Shown here: positions 1 through 11,986 of the stretch, one piece after another
How positions within the stretch are numbered: position 1 is the first letter of the stretch
Layout of the letters: the number at the start of each line of letters is the position of its first letter
DNA from: Paraspadella gotoi
Lineage: Eukaryota > Animalia > Chaetognatha
Reading direction: 5' to 3'
Length of the DNA: 64,000 nt
Assembly: GCA_051294375.1 (NCBI GenBank)
Contig: CM119264.1
Coordinates: 27,701,918 to 27,765,917 of the forward strand
Made by a program: the position numbers and the translations under genes
The notes under the pieces: generated by a model
Told to the model about the DNA's origin: nothing
Databases searched by the model: none
What the model saw: only the letters and a program-made list of their open reading frames with translations

Positions 1-520
1 CTGTCCCACTTTGTTAAAAATGCTCATAGCGTTCCTATAGTTAGATGCTCATTTGTTAAGACGGGAAAAAACCTCAACTCTTAACGCCGCCTTCAGGAAA
101 TCCTAAAACTATAAAGAATAAAAGACGAAATTCCGATGCAGTGCCTGTCATAAATACACGGGTTAAGAAAGTTATTTTAGTTAATACTTAGTTAGTACGT
201 GATCACAAAGTAAATGCGGCTTATTTCGTATAATGTCTGGTTGTTTGAAATGAAACTTTGCGCAGTAGTGATCATCCATAAGACGTTTGTTATAAATAAA
301 TTTCATAGTCATGTAGTCATGCGATCAAAAGAAAGTCACAGCGGCTCAACGCATTGGATGGACCGATCTTGTTTATTGCCGCAGTTATAACCGTTTTTTT
401 TTCTGGCTTGCATATGGATGCTGGCAGATGGTTTTTCACCCAAGCAACGACGCCCAACCATCGCAGTGGCAGACATGCGTTTTCACGCAAAGTAATCTTA
501 AAAAGGATAAAACAAAAGCC

Positions 521-648
<128 letters not shown>

Positions 649-1422
649 ACTATTTCCGCTTTGCCTTCTGAAAATCTGAATAGCAAATATTGTCGCGCGG
701 ATAAAGGAAGGGCATTTTTCTTATTTTTTTTTCCTCTTTTGATATTATTATGTTTTAAGAGATTTTTATTTTATTTCCATTTTTCAAATTCTTGATTTTT
801 TTTGGTTCTCTGAGTCTGATTTAGAATCTTTTTAGTTAAAAAAAAAAGAATAAAATAAAATAATAAAAAGAAAAAAATAAAGAAAACTAATAGTCTTCGA
901 TTCGCGAAAACAGATGTGGAGAAAAGCAGACGATAAGACGACAGCAGACAACAATCCCCGACCGAACGCTGTCTAAGCAGTTGGAGTTGAGACCCGACCG
1001 GCACCCGTGCATTCATGCATGCATCTACCCCCTTTGCCTCCAAGCTGACAGCACCCGTCGTAATGTTAAGATCGGCATTCATACTTGCATCTGTTCCTCT
1101 CCTTCCAAGCTGACTGCACCTGCCGTTAAGCTCAGATTGGCCGATTGCACTCATCGTTTAGACCCAATCAGCATTCGTGCTTGCATCTGTTTCTTTTTCT
1201 CCTTGCCAACTGTACCGGTCCTTTGAGGCCCGACCTGCACCGGGCATACGCACCTGCCCTTCTCGCCTCCTCCTCCACGACCGCCTTTCCTCCGGTTTAT
1301 ACGGCACCTGCGATAGGTTTTTGACAGGTGCAATAACCATCTCCCACTCACGCAAGACCGCTTCATCGCGGCGCCGACTGCACCTCCTCGTTTTCCGACG
1401 CCGGTTCAATGTTCGTGTTATG

Positions 1423-2000
1423 AAGGAGAGGGTGGGAGGGAGGAAGAGAGGAGGAAGGGAGGAAGAGGGAGGAGGAGGGAGAAAGATGAGGGGAGGAAGA
1501 GGGAAGAGGAAGGAGGAAGACGGAAGGCAGAGGTGGGATGAAGAGGAAGGGAGGAGGAAGGAGGAAGGAGGAAGGGAAAAAGAGGAAAGGAGAAAAGAAG
1601 GCGGGAGAATTAAGGGAAATAGGAAAGAGAAATAATAGAGGAAAGAACATAAGCAATGAGATAGGAAAAGAAGAGAAAGGAGGAAAGGGAAAAGATAAAA
1701 AATAAGGGGAAAGAGAAGTGGAAGTGAGAGGAGGAAAGAGAAGAAGTAAAGAAATAGGAAAAGAAGAGAAAGGAGGAAAAAGAAAAAAAGGGGGAAAGAG
1801 AAGTGGAAGTGAAAGGAGGAAAGAGGAGAAGTAAAGAAATAGAAAAAATTGAGAGGAAAATAAGGAATAGGGTGTAGAAAAATGAAAGAAAGAAAAGGGG
1901 AAGGGGGAGAAAGATAAAATGGGAAAGAAAAAGAAAAACAAGGAGATGTGGAACAAAGAATGAGATAAAAAAGAAAAAATGTGAAAGGAGTTGACAAGAA
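1423..2000. repeat. Purine-rich (GA) low-complexity tract with internal ~80-bp duplication
   Basis: Almost pure A/G; the block ataggaaaagaagagaaaggaggaaa...ggggaaagagaagtggaagtga occurs twice (~1661 and ~1754). Confidence 0.85.
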
Positions 2001-2121
2001 AGATGTTTGTTTGTTTAGAATCATTGTTCTATGTGTACAGGAAACTTTAAATCGTGAAATATGATGGGAGACAAAAAATTACGGTTTACGATGAAAAATC
2101 TTGGTTGTTTTATCAAGAGAA

Positions 2122-2269
2122 AGTGAAAGTTGTTGGGAGATAAAATGGGAGGAAGGAAGAGAGGAGAGAGGAGAGAGAGAGGATTAAGAGAGAGAGAGAG
2201 AGAGATATAAAGAGAGAGGAGGAGGATTGAGAGTGATGAAATTGTTGGAGGAGATAAAATGGAGAGGAA

Positions 2270-2313
<44 letters not shown>

Positions 2314-2446
2314 AAGAGAGAGAGAGAGAGAGAGTGAAATTGTTGGGAGATAAAAATGGAGAGGAAGGAGAGAGAGGAGAGAGAGAGCAGAGAGAGAGAA
2401 GAGAGAGAGAGAAGTGAAATTGTTGGGAGATAAAAATTTGAGAGGA

Positions 2447-2487
<41 letters not shown>

Positions 2488-2561
2488 AGAGAGAGAGAGA
2501 GATAAGAGAGAGAGAGAGAGAGAGAGTGAAATTGTTGGGAGATAAAAATGGAGAGGAAGGG

Positions 2562-2614
<53 letters not shown>

Positions 2615-2651
2615 AATTGTTGGGAGATAAAATGGAGAGGAAGGGAGAGAT

Positions 2652-2706
<55 letters not shown>
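2122..2706. repeat. Composite minisatellite: ~35-bp core gtgaaattgttgggagataaaaatggagaggaagg separated by variable (GA)n
   Basis: Core recurs about six times (~2123, 2233, 2334, 2414, 2526, 2610). Confidence 0.9.
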
Positions 2707-5700
2707 TTGAAGCGCAGGTTGAATTCTTGCGACCAGAGGTCAAAGGTCAAGGGTGATCTCGGAAACACGAAGGAAACAATCTACTTCACGGGTCAAAGAT
2801 AATTGTCCCAACCATTTTTTTTTTCGCGGCGGAAGCCACTGGAGTTTTTTTTTTGTAGAAATTCTATTGGGGGAAATTTCGGGTGAAACGGTGGATAAAC
2901 AAAATTACGTTAATTGTAAGTATATTTTAAAAGAAATTTGCTTCTTGTATTTCCCTATACCTAATAATAGATAAACATTATTAGGTTTAGCTTATTAAAC
3001 ATAAAGATAACCAAAATGAGAAATATATATAGTAAAATAAGTTATTTTGCATCAATTCGATCAGATAACTGTTAATAAATTTAAAATCAAATATATAATT
3101 TTTTACAATTAGTTATAAAAGACGTGTATATATGATTTCATTATCTCTCTTCCTTCTTTCACACTTCTTTCTTCTTAAGCCGGTTTAAGGACATTATTTT
3201 ACTATGTGTACATACAAATAAAATACACAAAATATACCGTTACCCCGCTGCTATTATATATTGCTTAATTTACAAACTTTGATAAAATAATCATGCGTTG
3301 TTTAGCTCGCGCATCCGTTTTTCCATTGTTGATGCGATGAGCTCCCGCTCTATTCTCATGTTGCCATCTCCTTTAATCACGTTATGGCGGCGACGTCCTC
3401 CTCCTCCTCCTCCTCCTCGTCCCCGGTCCGACGCCGAGACTGTTTAACTCCCTCCAGAGGCGAAAATTTTCTCCGTCGTCTTTTCGCGAACAAAAGACAA
3501 TCGCGCGATTATCGAATATTAGACGCTAGAGGGAGGAGAGGGGGGGAGGAAGAGGAGAATGAGAGATGGAGAAAGGGAGAGGAAAAGGGAGAGAAGAGAG
3601 AAGGAAAGGAAGGATGAGAGTCGGATAGTGAGGGGGAGGGGAGAGGGAGAGGAGGAAGAGGAGAGAGAGGGCCGCTCTTTTCCGAGAGTGTCCCATTTCT
3701 GTTAGTTTATCCAAGAATTTAAATTTAATCTGAATATTTAACTTGAATATATTTTTAAACTTATAAACCCAACCCAAAACTTAATCTTTAAACCCTAATC
3801 TTTAAACCTTAATCCCTAAGCCTAATCGCTTACCTAACTTAATTTTTAACCCTATCTATAATTTTTAATCCAACACTAAAAGCAACCCCTAATCCAAATC
3901 CTTAAATCACAAACCAAGTCCCTAACATTAGTCACTAACTTTATCCTCTAACCAAATCCCTAACCAAATCCCTAACCAAATCCTAACAAATCCCTAACCA
4001 AATCCCTGACAAAATCCCTAACCTTACTTCTAATCTTTAACTAAAATAATTAAACTAATTCCGAATTTAGAGAGAGAGTAAAGAGAAGAGAGGATAAAGG
4101 AGAGAAGAGAAAAGGAAGGACCGATAAAAAGAAGAGGAAGGAACGTAAGAAGAGAGAAGAAGAAATGAGAGAATAAAAATCCCAGTTTGGCTTTTTTATC
4201 TTAATTTATATCCATCGAAATTGTGAGGAATGNNNNNNNNNNNNNNNNNNNNNNNNNGAGAGAGAGAGAGAGAGAGAGAGAGAGTTGAAGCGCAGGTTGG
4301 AATTCTTCGACCAGAGGTCAAAGGTCAAGGGTGATCTCGGAAACACGAAGGAAACACATTCTACTTCACGGGTCAAAGATAATTGTCCCAACCATTTTTT
4401 TTTCGCGGCGGAAGCCACTGGAGTTTTTTTTTTTAGGAAATTCTATTGGGGGAAATTTCGGGTGAAACGGTGGATAAACAAAATTACGTTAATTGTAAGT
4501 ATATTAAAAGAAAATTTGCTTCTTGTATTTCCCTATCCTAATAATAGATAAACATTATTAGGTTTAGCTTATTAAACATAAAGATAACCAAAATGAGAAA
4601 TATAATATAGTAAAATAAGTTATTTTGCAATCAATTCGATCAGATTAACTGTTAATAAAATTTAAAATAAAATTATAATTTTTTACAATTAGTTATAAAA
4701 GACTGTAATATATGATTTCATTATCTCTCTTCCTTTCTTTCACACTTCTCTTTTCTTAAGCCGGTTTTAAGGACATTATTTACTATGTGTACATAGTACA
4801 TACAAATAAATACACAAAATTACCGTTACCCCGCTGCTATTATAGTATTGCTTAATTTACAAACTTTGATAAAATAATCATGCGTTGTTTACTCGCGCAT
4901 CCGTTTTTCCCATTGTTGATGCGATGAGCTCCCGCTCTATTCTTCATGTTGCCATCTCCTTTAATCACGTTATGGCGGCGGCGGCGACTCCTCCTCCTCC
5001 TCCTCCTCCTCCTCCTCCTCGTCCCCGGCGACGCCGAGACTGTTAACTCCCTCCAGAGGCGAAAATTTTCTCCGTCGTCTTTTTCGCGAACAAAAGACAA
5101 TCGCGGCGATTATCGAATATTAGACGCTAGAGGGAGGAGAGGGGGGGAGGAAGAGGAGAATGAGAGATGGGAGAAAGGGGAGAGGAAAAGGGAGAGAAGA
5201 GAGAAGGGAAAGGAGGTGAGAGTCGGATAGTGAGGGGGGAGGGGAGAGAGGAGAGGAGGAAGAGGAGAGAGAGGGCGCTCTTTTCCGAGAGTGTCCCATT
5301 TCTGTTAGTTTATCCAAGAATTTAAATTTAATCTGAATATTTAACTTGAATATATTTTTAAACTTATAAACCCAACCCAAAACTTAATCTTTAACCCTAA
5401 TCTTTAACCTTAATCCCTAAGCCTAATCGCTTACCCTAACTTAATCTTTAACCCTAATCTATAATTTTTAATCCTAACCACTAAAAGCCAACCCCTAATC
5501 CAAATCCTTAATCACAAACCAAGTCCCTAACATTAGTCACTAACTTTATCCCTAACCAAATCCCTAACCAAATCCCTAACCCTTACTTCTAATCTTTAAC
5601 TAAAATAATTAAACTAATTCCGAATTTAGAGAGAGAGTAAAGAGAAGAGAGGATAAAGGAGAGAAGAGAAAAGGAAGGACCGATAAAAAAGAAAGAGGGA

Positions 5701-5792
5701 AGGAACGTGAGAAGAGAGAAGAAGAAATGAGAGAATAAAAATCCGTTTGGCTTCTTTATCTTAATTTATATCCATCGAAATTGTGAGGAATG
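2706..5792. repeat. Tandem near-identical duplication of ~1.5 kb (2706-4232 and 4284-5792) around a 25-N gap; probable assembly artefact
   Basis: Both copies start gttgaagcgcagg and end ttgtgaggaatg; they differ mainly by 1-bp indels; N run at 4233-4257. Confidence 0.9.
3765..4030. repeat. Degenerate CCTAA-rich repeat including (CCTAACCAAATC)n; second copy at ~5370-5590
   Basis: Repeated cctaaccaaatc / ccctaa motifs. Confidence 0.8.
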
Positions 5793-5796
5793 AGGA

Positions 5797-5837
5797 AATG
5801 AGTAAATGAGTAAATGAGTAAATGAGTAAATGAGTAA
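5797..5837. repeat. (AAATGAGT)n octamer tandem
   Basis: Five consecutive units. Confidence 0.9.
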
Positions 5838-6415
5838 TTCACTTATGTAAGGACCGATTTTTTCGCGAGTGGAATAAATATTCGGTTAATCCACTTTACA
5901 ATTCATTTAAACTTTATTGAAAGTGTCAATATAACAAGTCAGCATGAAAATATGGCTACCTTACCCTCTCAGTATCCACGTTTGTGATCTATCGAGATGG
6001 AATATGAGCCGATTTCCGAGTTGGCAGATGTGATTCGGGTTTAACGTGATGATTTAAGTTTTAGTTTTTCATGCAAAGATGAAGTAATCATTATTTTTAT
6101 CCGTGTTTTTTTCTTTTTCCATACATCTCTTTCCACTTCTTATCTTTTCTTTCTCTCCTCTCTTCTCTTTTCCTCTCATATCTCTTTCCAGTTTCCACTT
6201 CTCATTTTTCTTTCTCTCCTTTCTTTTCTTTTCCTCTCATATCTCTCTCCTCTTCTCATCTTTCCTTTCTCTCCTTTCTTCTCTTTTCCTCTCTCCCCTC
6301 TCTCCTTATCTCTCCTCTCTCCCACGTTTCAATCTTCCCTTCTGTTTTCGAGCGTCAGAATTCCCCCGAGTCTAAAAAGATCGGCGACTCGGAAAAATGT
6401 AATGTTTTATGAATT

Positions 6416-6548
<133 letters not shown>

Positions 6549-6748
6549 ATCTCTCTTTCTATTTTTTCTCTCTTCCCACTCCAAGTTTTATCTCTTTCTC
6601 ACGAATGTCAAATTCCTCCCAATATTTTTTTTCAAGTCTTCGCAACAAATTTGGTTTTTAAAATCTTCAACTTCGATTTCAACGAATTTTCTTCTTTCAA
6701 AGTGTTCGTATTTATTATTCCAACTTTTTGTCCCTTTCTTTTACTTTC

Positions 6749-6827
6749 CATAGCCCAATGCCACCCAGTGCCATCATCCCATAGCCCAATGCCACCCAGT
6801 GCCACCATTCCATAGCCCAATGCCACC
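6749..6827. repeat. 31-bp minisatellite catagcccaatgccacccagtgcca(t/c)cat(c/t)c, ~2.6 copies
   Basis: catagcccaatgccaccc occurs three times at 31-bp spacing. Confidence 0.9.
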
Positions 6828-7046
6828 CCGGTTTAAAATATATATACTTTTTAATTCTTTACAATTTTAATGATTGAAAAGGATAAATTATAATGGAATA
6901 TATATTTTATCCATCAATCAAAATTGACACCATGCATCAAAACTTAAAGTTGACTACATAATAAACATATTTTGACGGAATTCAATCAACGACAGCATCT
7001 CTGGTCGCTACAAATTTACTAGACGACGATAAATTTATATATTTTC

Positions 7047-7049
<3 letters not shown>

Positions 7050-7098
<49 letters not shown>

Positions 7099-7207
7099 TT
7101 CTCTCTCTCTCTCTTTCTACTCGACGACGAAGACAAAGACGAAGACAACGACGAAGACAACGACGAAGACGACGACGAAGACAACGACGAAGACAACGAC
7201 GAAGACG
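7050..7207. repeat. (CT)n followed by 12-bp (GACGAAGACAAC)n tandem
   Basis: Direct reading. Confidence 0.9.
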
Positions 7208-7760
7208 TCGTTTCGTCAACGAAGGAGAAAAGATTAAAGGCGACGACGATAATTAAGACGACGAAAACAAGATCGACTTTCGAAATCGAGGAAAAAAAAG
7301 TCGACGAACGACTTTTTTTTTTTTTAAGGAATAAATTTTCAAGTCAGATTTCGATCGAAGGAGCGACAATATTTTGATTCGCGAGAGTTCGTCTCAAGTC
7401 TTTCATTTGTTCTTTTTTAATTCTCATTGGAGAGAAACCTAAACACTTATTTAATTACACAATACACAATACACAATACACAAAACACATCCTGTGAAAA
7501 CTAAAGAAAAGTTATCTCTCGACGATGTNNNNNNNNNNNNNNNNNNNNNNNNNNNNNNNNNNNNNNNNNNNNNNNNNNNNNNNNNNNNNNNNNNNNNNNN
7601 NNNNNNNNNNNNNNNNNNNNNNNNNNNNNNNNNNNNNNNNNNNNNNNNNNNNNNNNNNNNNNNNNNNNNNNNNNNNNNNNNNNNNNNNNNNNNNNNNNNN
7701 NNNNNNNNNNNNNNNNNNNNNNNNNNNNNNNNNNNNNNNNNNNNNNNNNNNNNNNNNNNN

Positions 7761-9132
7761 CCTTTCGTGTTCCTACACGTTGGATCCTGGTGAAGGCATT
7801 GGATTTTTTCGTTGGGACATCTACTCCGGTACGACTGGTGTTTCAGACACAATTTTATCATACGAGTTTGCAAATAAAAAGTGAATATCATCCAGACAAA
7901 CCCGTACTTATGAGTTTAAAGAGCCATTACAACTTTTAATTCCCGGAGTTGGAGATGCTGATTTCCGAAGTTACGCTTGTAACATCTTTCAATGAAATTT
8001 CGTTCAACGAAGCCGTCATAGAACTCAAATCCCGGTATCTCCAAAAATGACTCTAGTCAAAATCGCGGCCGTCGTCGTCGACCAAGTCACCGACATCAAC
8101 TGCATGGCGACAGATGGCGTTCCAACTCCCAAAATCGGCTGGACTCTCGCCGGTAGTCGACATCACCGCTAACGCTACCGAATCGACCAATGGAAACAAC
8201 CGTAACATCAACGCTGTCACTAACGCCGAGGGAGAGCAACGACGGTGCCCAGTTGCAGTGCTTCGCCATGTACCGACATCGCCACGCCCATCGATCAAAC
8301 CGCTCTTTCCGATTCGGCCAATCTCGTCGTCAAACGTTCCGCCTTCGACTCCGAAACATCACGAGCTACTCCAACGGGACGTGGCTTCGAGCTGGGACCA
8401 GGCTGACCATCAATTGTCAAGTCTCTAGTCTCGGGAAACCCACGGGAAAACTTATCCTTGGCAAAAGAAGCGATCCACAATTTTCGACCGATAATCAGTT
8501 GACGATCATAAGCTACTCTTTAGATTTGACGGAATCTGTAAATGGCAGGAGGTCGAAGTGTCGCGCCCGAAAACGAAGTTCAGCGCCGCCACCGGCCAAG
8601 TTTTTACCGACGTCGTCTCCCTCTCTGTTGCGTTCGGACCGGCATCGGCGCCGATAATTTCCGGCAACGATTCGATTGTTCGCGGCGACAACGCCACCTT
8701 TGCGTGTATCGCGTCGAACGCCAACCCGGCGCCACTTTTCACGTGGAGAGTCGGTGTGGCGTGACATGCGAGAGAAGGTCGCGGCTGGGAGCGTTTCCGC
8801 CGGCGCCAACGGTGGCGACGTCGCTCGCAGCGTATTTGTCGTCGATAACTTGAAGGCATCGCAAAATGGTGATGGGAGGTGGCGTGCGAAACGCGGAAAT
8901 CCGGTCACCGACGTCGTCCAGACGGCCAAAAAGAGCTTGACCGTCTTCTTCGGACCCTCCAACGCGACTCTGAGAGTCGTCAGCGTCGGCGTCGGCGTCG
9001 GCGATCTTTTGATCGAAGGTCGCCTCTACGACTTCGAATGCCTTTGTGGAGAATCTCGGGAATCCCCAGTCGTCCGTCAAAGTTTTCAGTGTCGACGTTG
9101 GGGAAAAGAAAAACCGAGTACAACGCTTCGTT

Positions 9133-9163
<31 letters not shown>

Positions 9164-9565
9164 AATATTTTCGCTGTCTCAATCAAGGCGTCTCGTTCGA
9201 TCGATGGAAACCAATCTCACGTGCGTCGTCACCAACAACTACGAAAACGATGCCACGTCCACGATTTCCCTCGGCGTTGCATTTGGACCCGACTTTGTGG
9301 TCATTACCGGAAATGACACGGCGTCGGAGGGTGAAGATGTCACGTTGATATGCGAAACCCGAGCGTCCAATCCATCTAGTAGCGTCATTTGGCGAGACGT
9401 CGACACCGACGCCATCTTATCGTCGGTTTCCGATCCGCCACTGGCCGACGGCTCCGTGAAATCTACGGTCGTCTTTTCTGCCTGCGCGTCTTATCCAATC
9501 CGCGTCGTTTGCGTCGCCACGAAATAACGTCACCGGAAGTAAATTTTCCGCCAATCACGTCGTTC
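7761..9565 (+). CDS. Immunoglobulin-superfamily cell-adhesion protein ectodomain (nephrin/SYG-2/kirre-like): one V-type plus about five C2-type Ig domains; partial and frameshifted in this assembly
   Basis: Joined across frames: LSCSY..FFRWD...LLIPGVGDADFRSYAC (V-set); DINCMATDGVPTPKIGW...TSTLSLTPRESNDGAQLQC; LTINCQVSSLGKP; VAFGPASAPIISGNDSIVRGDNATFACIASNANPAPLFTW; LTVFFGP...YDFEC; NLTCVVTN..VAFGPDFVVITGNDTASEGEDVTLICETRASNPSSSVIW...VVCVAT. The C-x(4-5)-NP-x(5)-W and V-x-F-G-P linkers are typical of nephrin-family C2 domains. The 5' end lies in the N gap. Confidence 0.85.
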
Positions 9566-9581
9566 AGCGGAGCCAGTCTCC

Positions 9582-9587
9582 GTCTCT

Positions 9588-9676
<89 letters not shown>
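9582..9676. repeat. (CT)n microsatellite
   Basis: Direct reading. Confidence 0.95.
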
Positions 9677-9679
<3 letters not shown>

Positions 9680-9791
9680 TTGTGACACATGAACGATCGA
9701 AATGACAAACGGCGAGCGCGGGAGAGGGGCGAATCACGAAGCGATGATTTGAACTGGGTTAAAGGGGAAGACGTCCGATGGGCCGAGGGCT

Positions 9792-9904
9792 GAATAGAAT
9801 AGGAATAGAATAGAATAGGAATAGAATAGAATAGAATAGGAATAGAATAGGAATAGAATAGGAATAGAATAGGAATAGAATAGAATAGAATAAAATAGAA
9901 TAGA
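9792..9904. repeat. (AATAG)n/(AATAGG)n microsatellite
   Basis: Direct reading. Confidence 0.95.
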
Positions 9905-11443
9905 AAGGAGAGGATCGAACTTTAGTCCCTTCCGCCCCAAATGGTTCAATTTCTGATTTTATTAATTTTCTTCAAAACTGTAAATAAACTTTTGTAAATT
10001 TGTAGAAATAAACGTTTGGACTTTGGACTATTGAATTTGATAAACTGCATTTCAATTATTGAGACCAAAATTGTAAAGACGTTATCGACGTCTTTAATTA
10101 ATTAATTAATACTAAAACTTAATAATGAAGTTAAATGTCCCTTGACAAATAAAAAACGATTTTTTTAAAAATGTGATAACTATGATAGTATTTGTTATGA
10201 TATTGATGATAATCTTTTGTGATAAAACTGTCATATAACAATTAAAAACCATTAGCAAACCTTTAATAATAAATGTTTAATTAATTATTGAGCATTTAGC
10301 AATATTTCTAGTTTGGGGTACGCCCACTATGAGTGAAAACCATTTATTAAACATTTTTTTATATACTTAGTAAATAATTATTCTAATTACAGGATAAGTA
10401 AATTGTAAAACAATTACTTAACTTTTCAGTTTCAGTTTTCAGTTTACCTACAAATAAGTATACAATTAAATCAATAATAAGTTAATTTAATCGTTTTTTC
10501 CATCAATACGATTTAATATCTCACTCTCTCCACACAAACTCCCAGACACACACAAAAAATCCCCATCCAAATAAATCGTCTCTTTTCATTTCTCATTTTC
10601 CTCCAAATGGACGAATTTTCTCCGCTGACCCACGAAGGAGGCGTCTCCTAGCAACGCCCCTCGTGGCGCCCACTGCAATTCCATCTGCAACGTTGACCAG
10701 TTGTCGTCACTCGATCACTGCAACGTTTAATGCAAGGTTCACTGCCACGCTCAATGCAACGCTCACCCCAACGTTTATACTGCCACGCTCAATGCCACGC
10801 TCTCACCGCAACGTTGCTATCCCGGCCACAACTTTGAGATCTCGCAAATTGGACGACGATCGACAACAACAACAACGACGACGAGGACAACAACGATTTA
10901 ATTTCAGTCGAATTACCTTCGCGTTTTAAGCCGTCGCTTCACAGACCTGACCCACGAGACTCACCTCACCCTTACCCAAACCCTTACCCAAACCATCTCT
11001 ACCAGATAAATGAAATTCGGGTCATTCTATCAAAGGTCGCCTTTGAGGTCATCCACTGGCCTTTGTCCTTTGACTTCCATCTCCTCCTCCTCCTCCTCCT
11101 CCTCCTCCTCGCTTCCTCCCTTCCTCCCTTCCTCTCTCCGTTGTCTGACATGATGTCTATCGCTCCAGTGACGGACATGAATTTCTTCCCCCCTCGCCTG
11201 ACATCTCTTGACATCGTCGTGTCTTATATGACATCTATGACGTTTCATCAGGTCTTATTCGCTCCAGTTGAGTCTCTTGCTCCAGTGGAGTCTTCTCTTC
11301 GTAGGAGTCGAGTGAAGAAGTCTCGAATTGGGTGAGTGAGTAGAATGGGTAAGTGAAGTTCGGCGAAAAATAATAGTATGGCCTAATTGGCTAAATGTTT
11401 ATTGAAAAATCAAAAATGCAGAAAATGTGAAAAAAGAAATAAG

Positions 11444-11503
<60 letters not shown>

Positions 11504-11935
11504 GAGTATTAATTTTTTTCTCTACGCACTTAATTTGAGTTAATGTCCACTTTGATGGATTTCTCGTCAACTGAAACGAGGTCGTAAAACCGTCGGCCAA
11601 ATCCAAACAAGTTTGTCGTCGTCTTTTTGATGAGTTGCTCTTGTTGTTGTTGTTGTTGTTGTTGATGATGTTGATAGCGTTTATGTATTTTTTTTACAGA
11701 AGGGGGGTGGATGATTGTTGTCGCGAGCAGTAGCGTGTCGTTGGTTAGACCCCCTTCCCCCTCCACAAAACAGAGGTCATGGGGATAAAAATATTTATAT
11801 GAAAACAAAATAAAAGAATTAATAGCTTTTAATTTTTAAAATGTTTTTGTACAAGCAGGAAAACCTAAAATACAGACAGAATATGTGATTTTTTAAAAAA
11901 TTCCAATTTTTTTTCTTGCTATGTTAATCGATAGA

Positions 11936-11986
11936 GAGCTTGGCTTTCAGGGAGCTTGGCTTTCAGAGAGCTTGGCTTTCAGGGAG
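11936..11986. repeat. 16-bp tandem (gagcttggctttcagg/a) x3
   Basis: Three consecutive copies. Confidence 0.9.

Noticed and set aside
2122-2706. Repeat-spacer layout resembling a CRISPR array
   Set aside because: Spacers are only (GA)n, there are no cas genes, and the context is eukaryotic.
3765-4030. Telomere-like CCCTAA repeats
   Set aside because: Degenerate 12-bp units, internal and short; similar GGTTAG/GGTAAG-type tracts occur at ~16790 and ~63000; not a true telomeric array.
11063-11335. Poly-Leu ORF as transmembrane exon of the Ig protein
   Set aside because: Derived from a (CTC)n tract with no clear acceptor or basic stop-transfer residues; unsupported.
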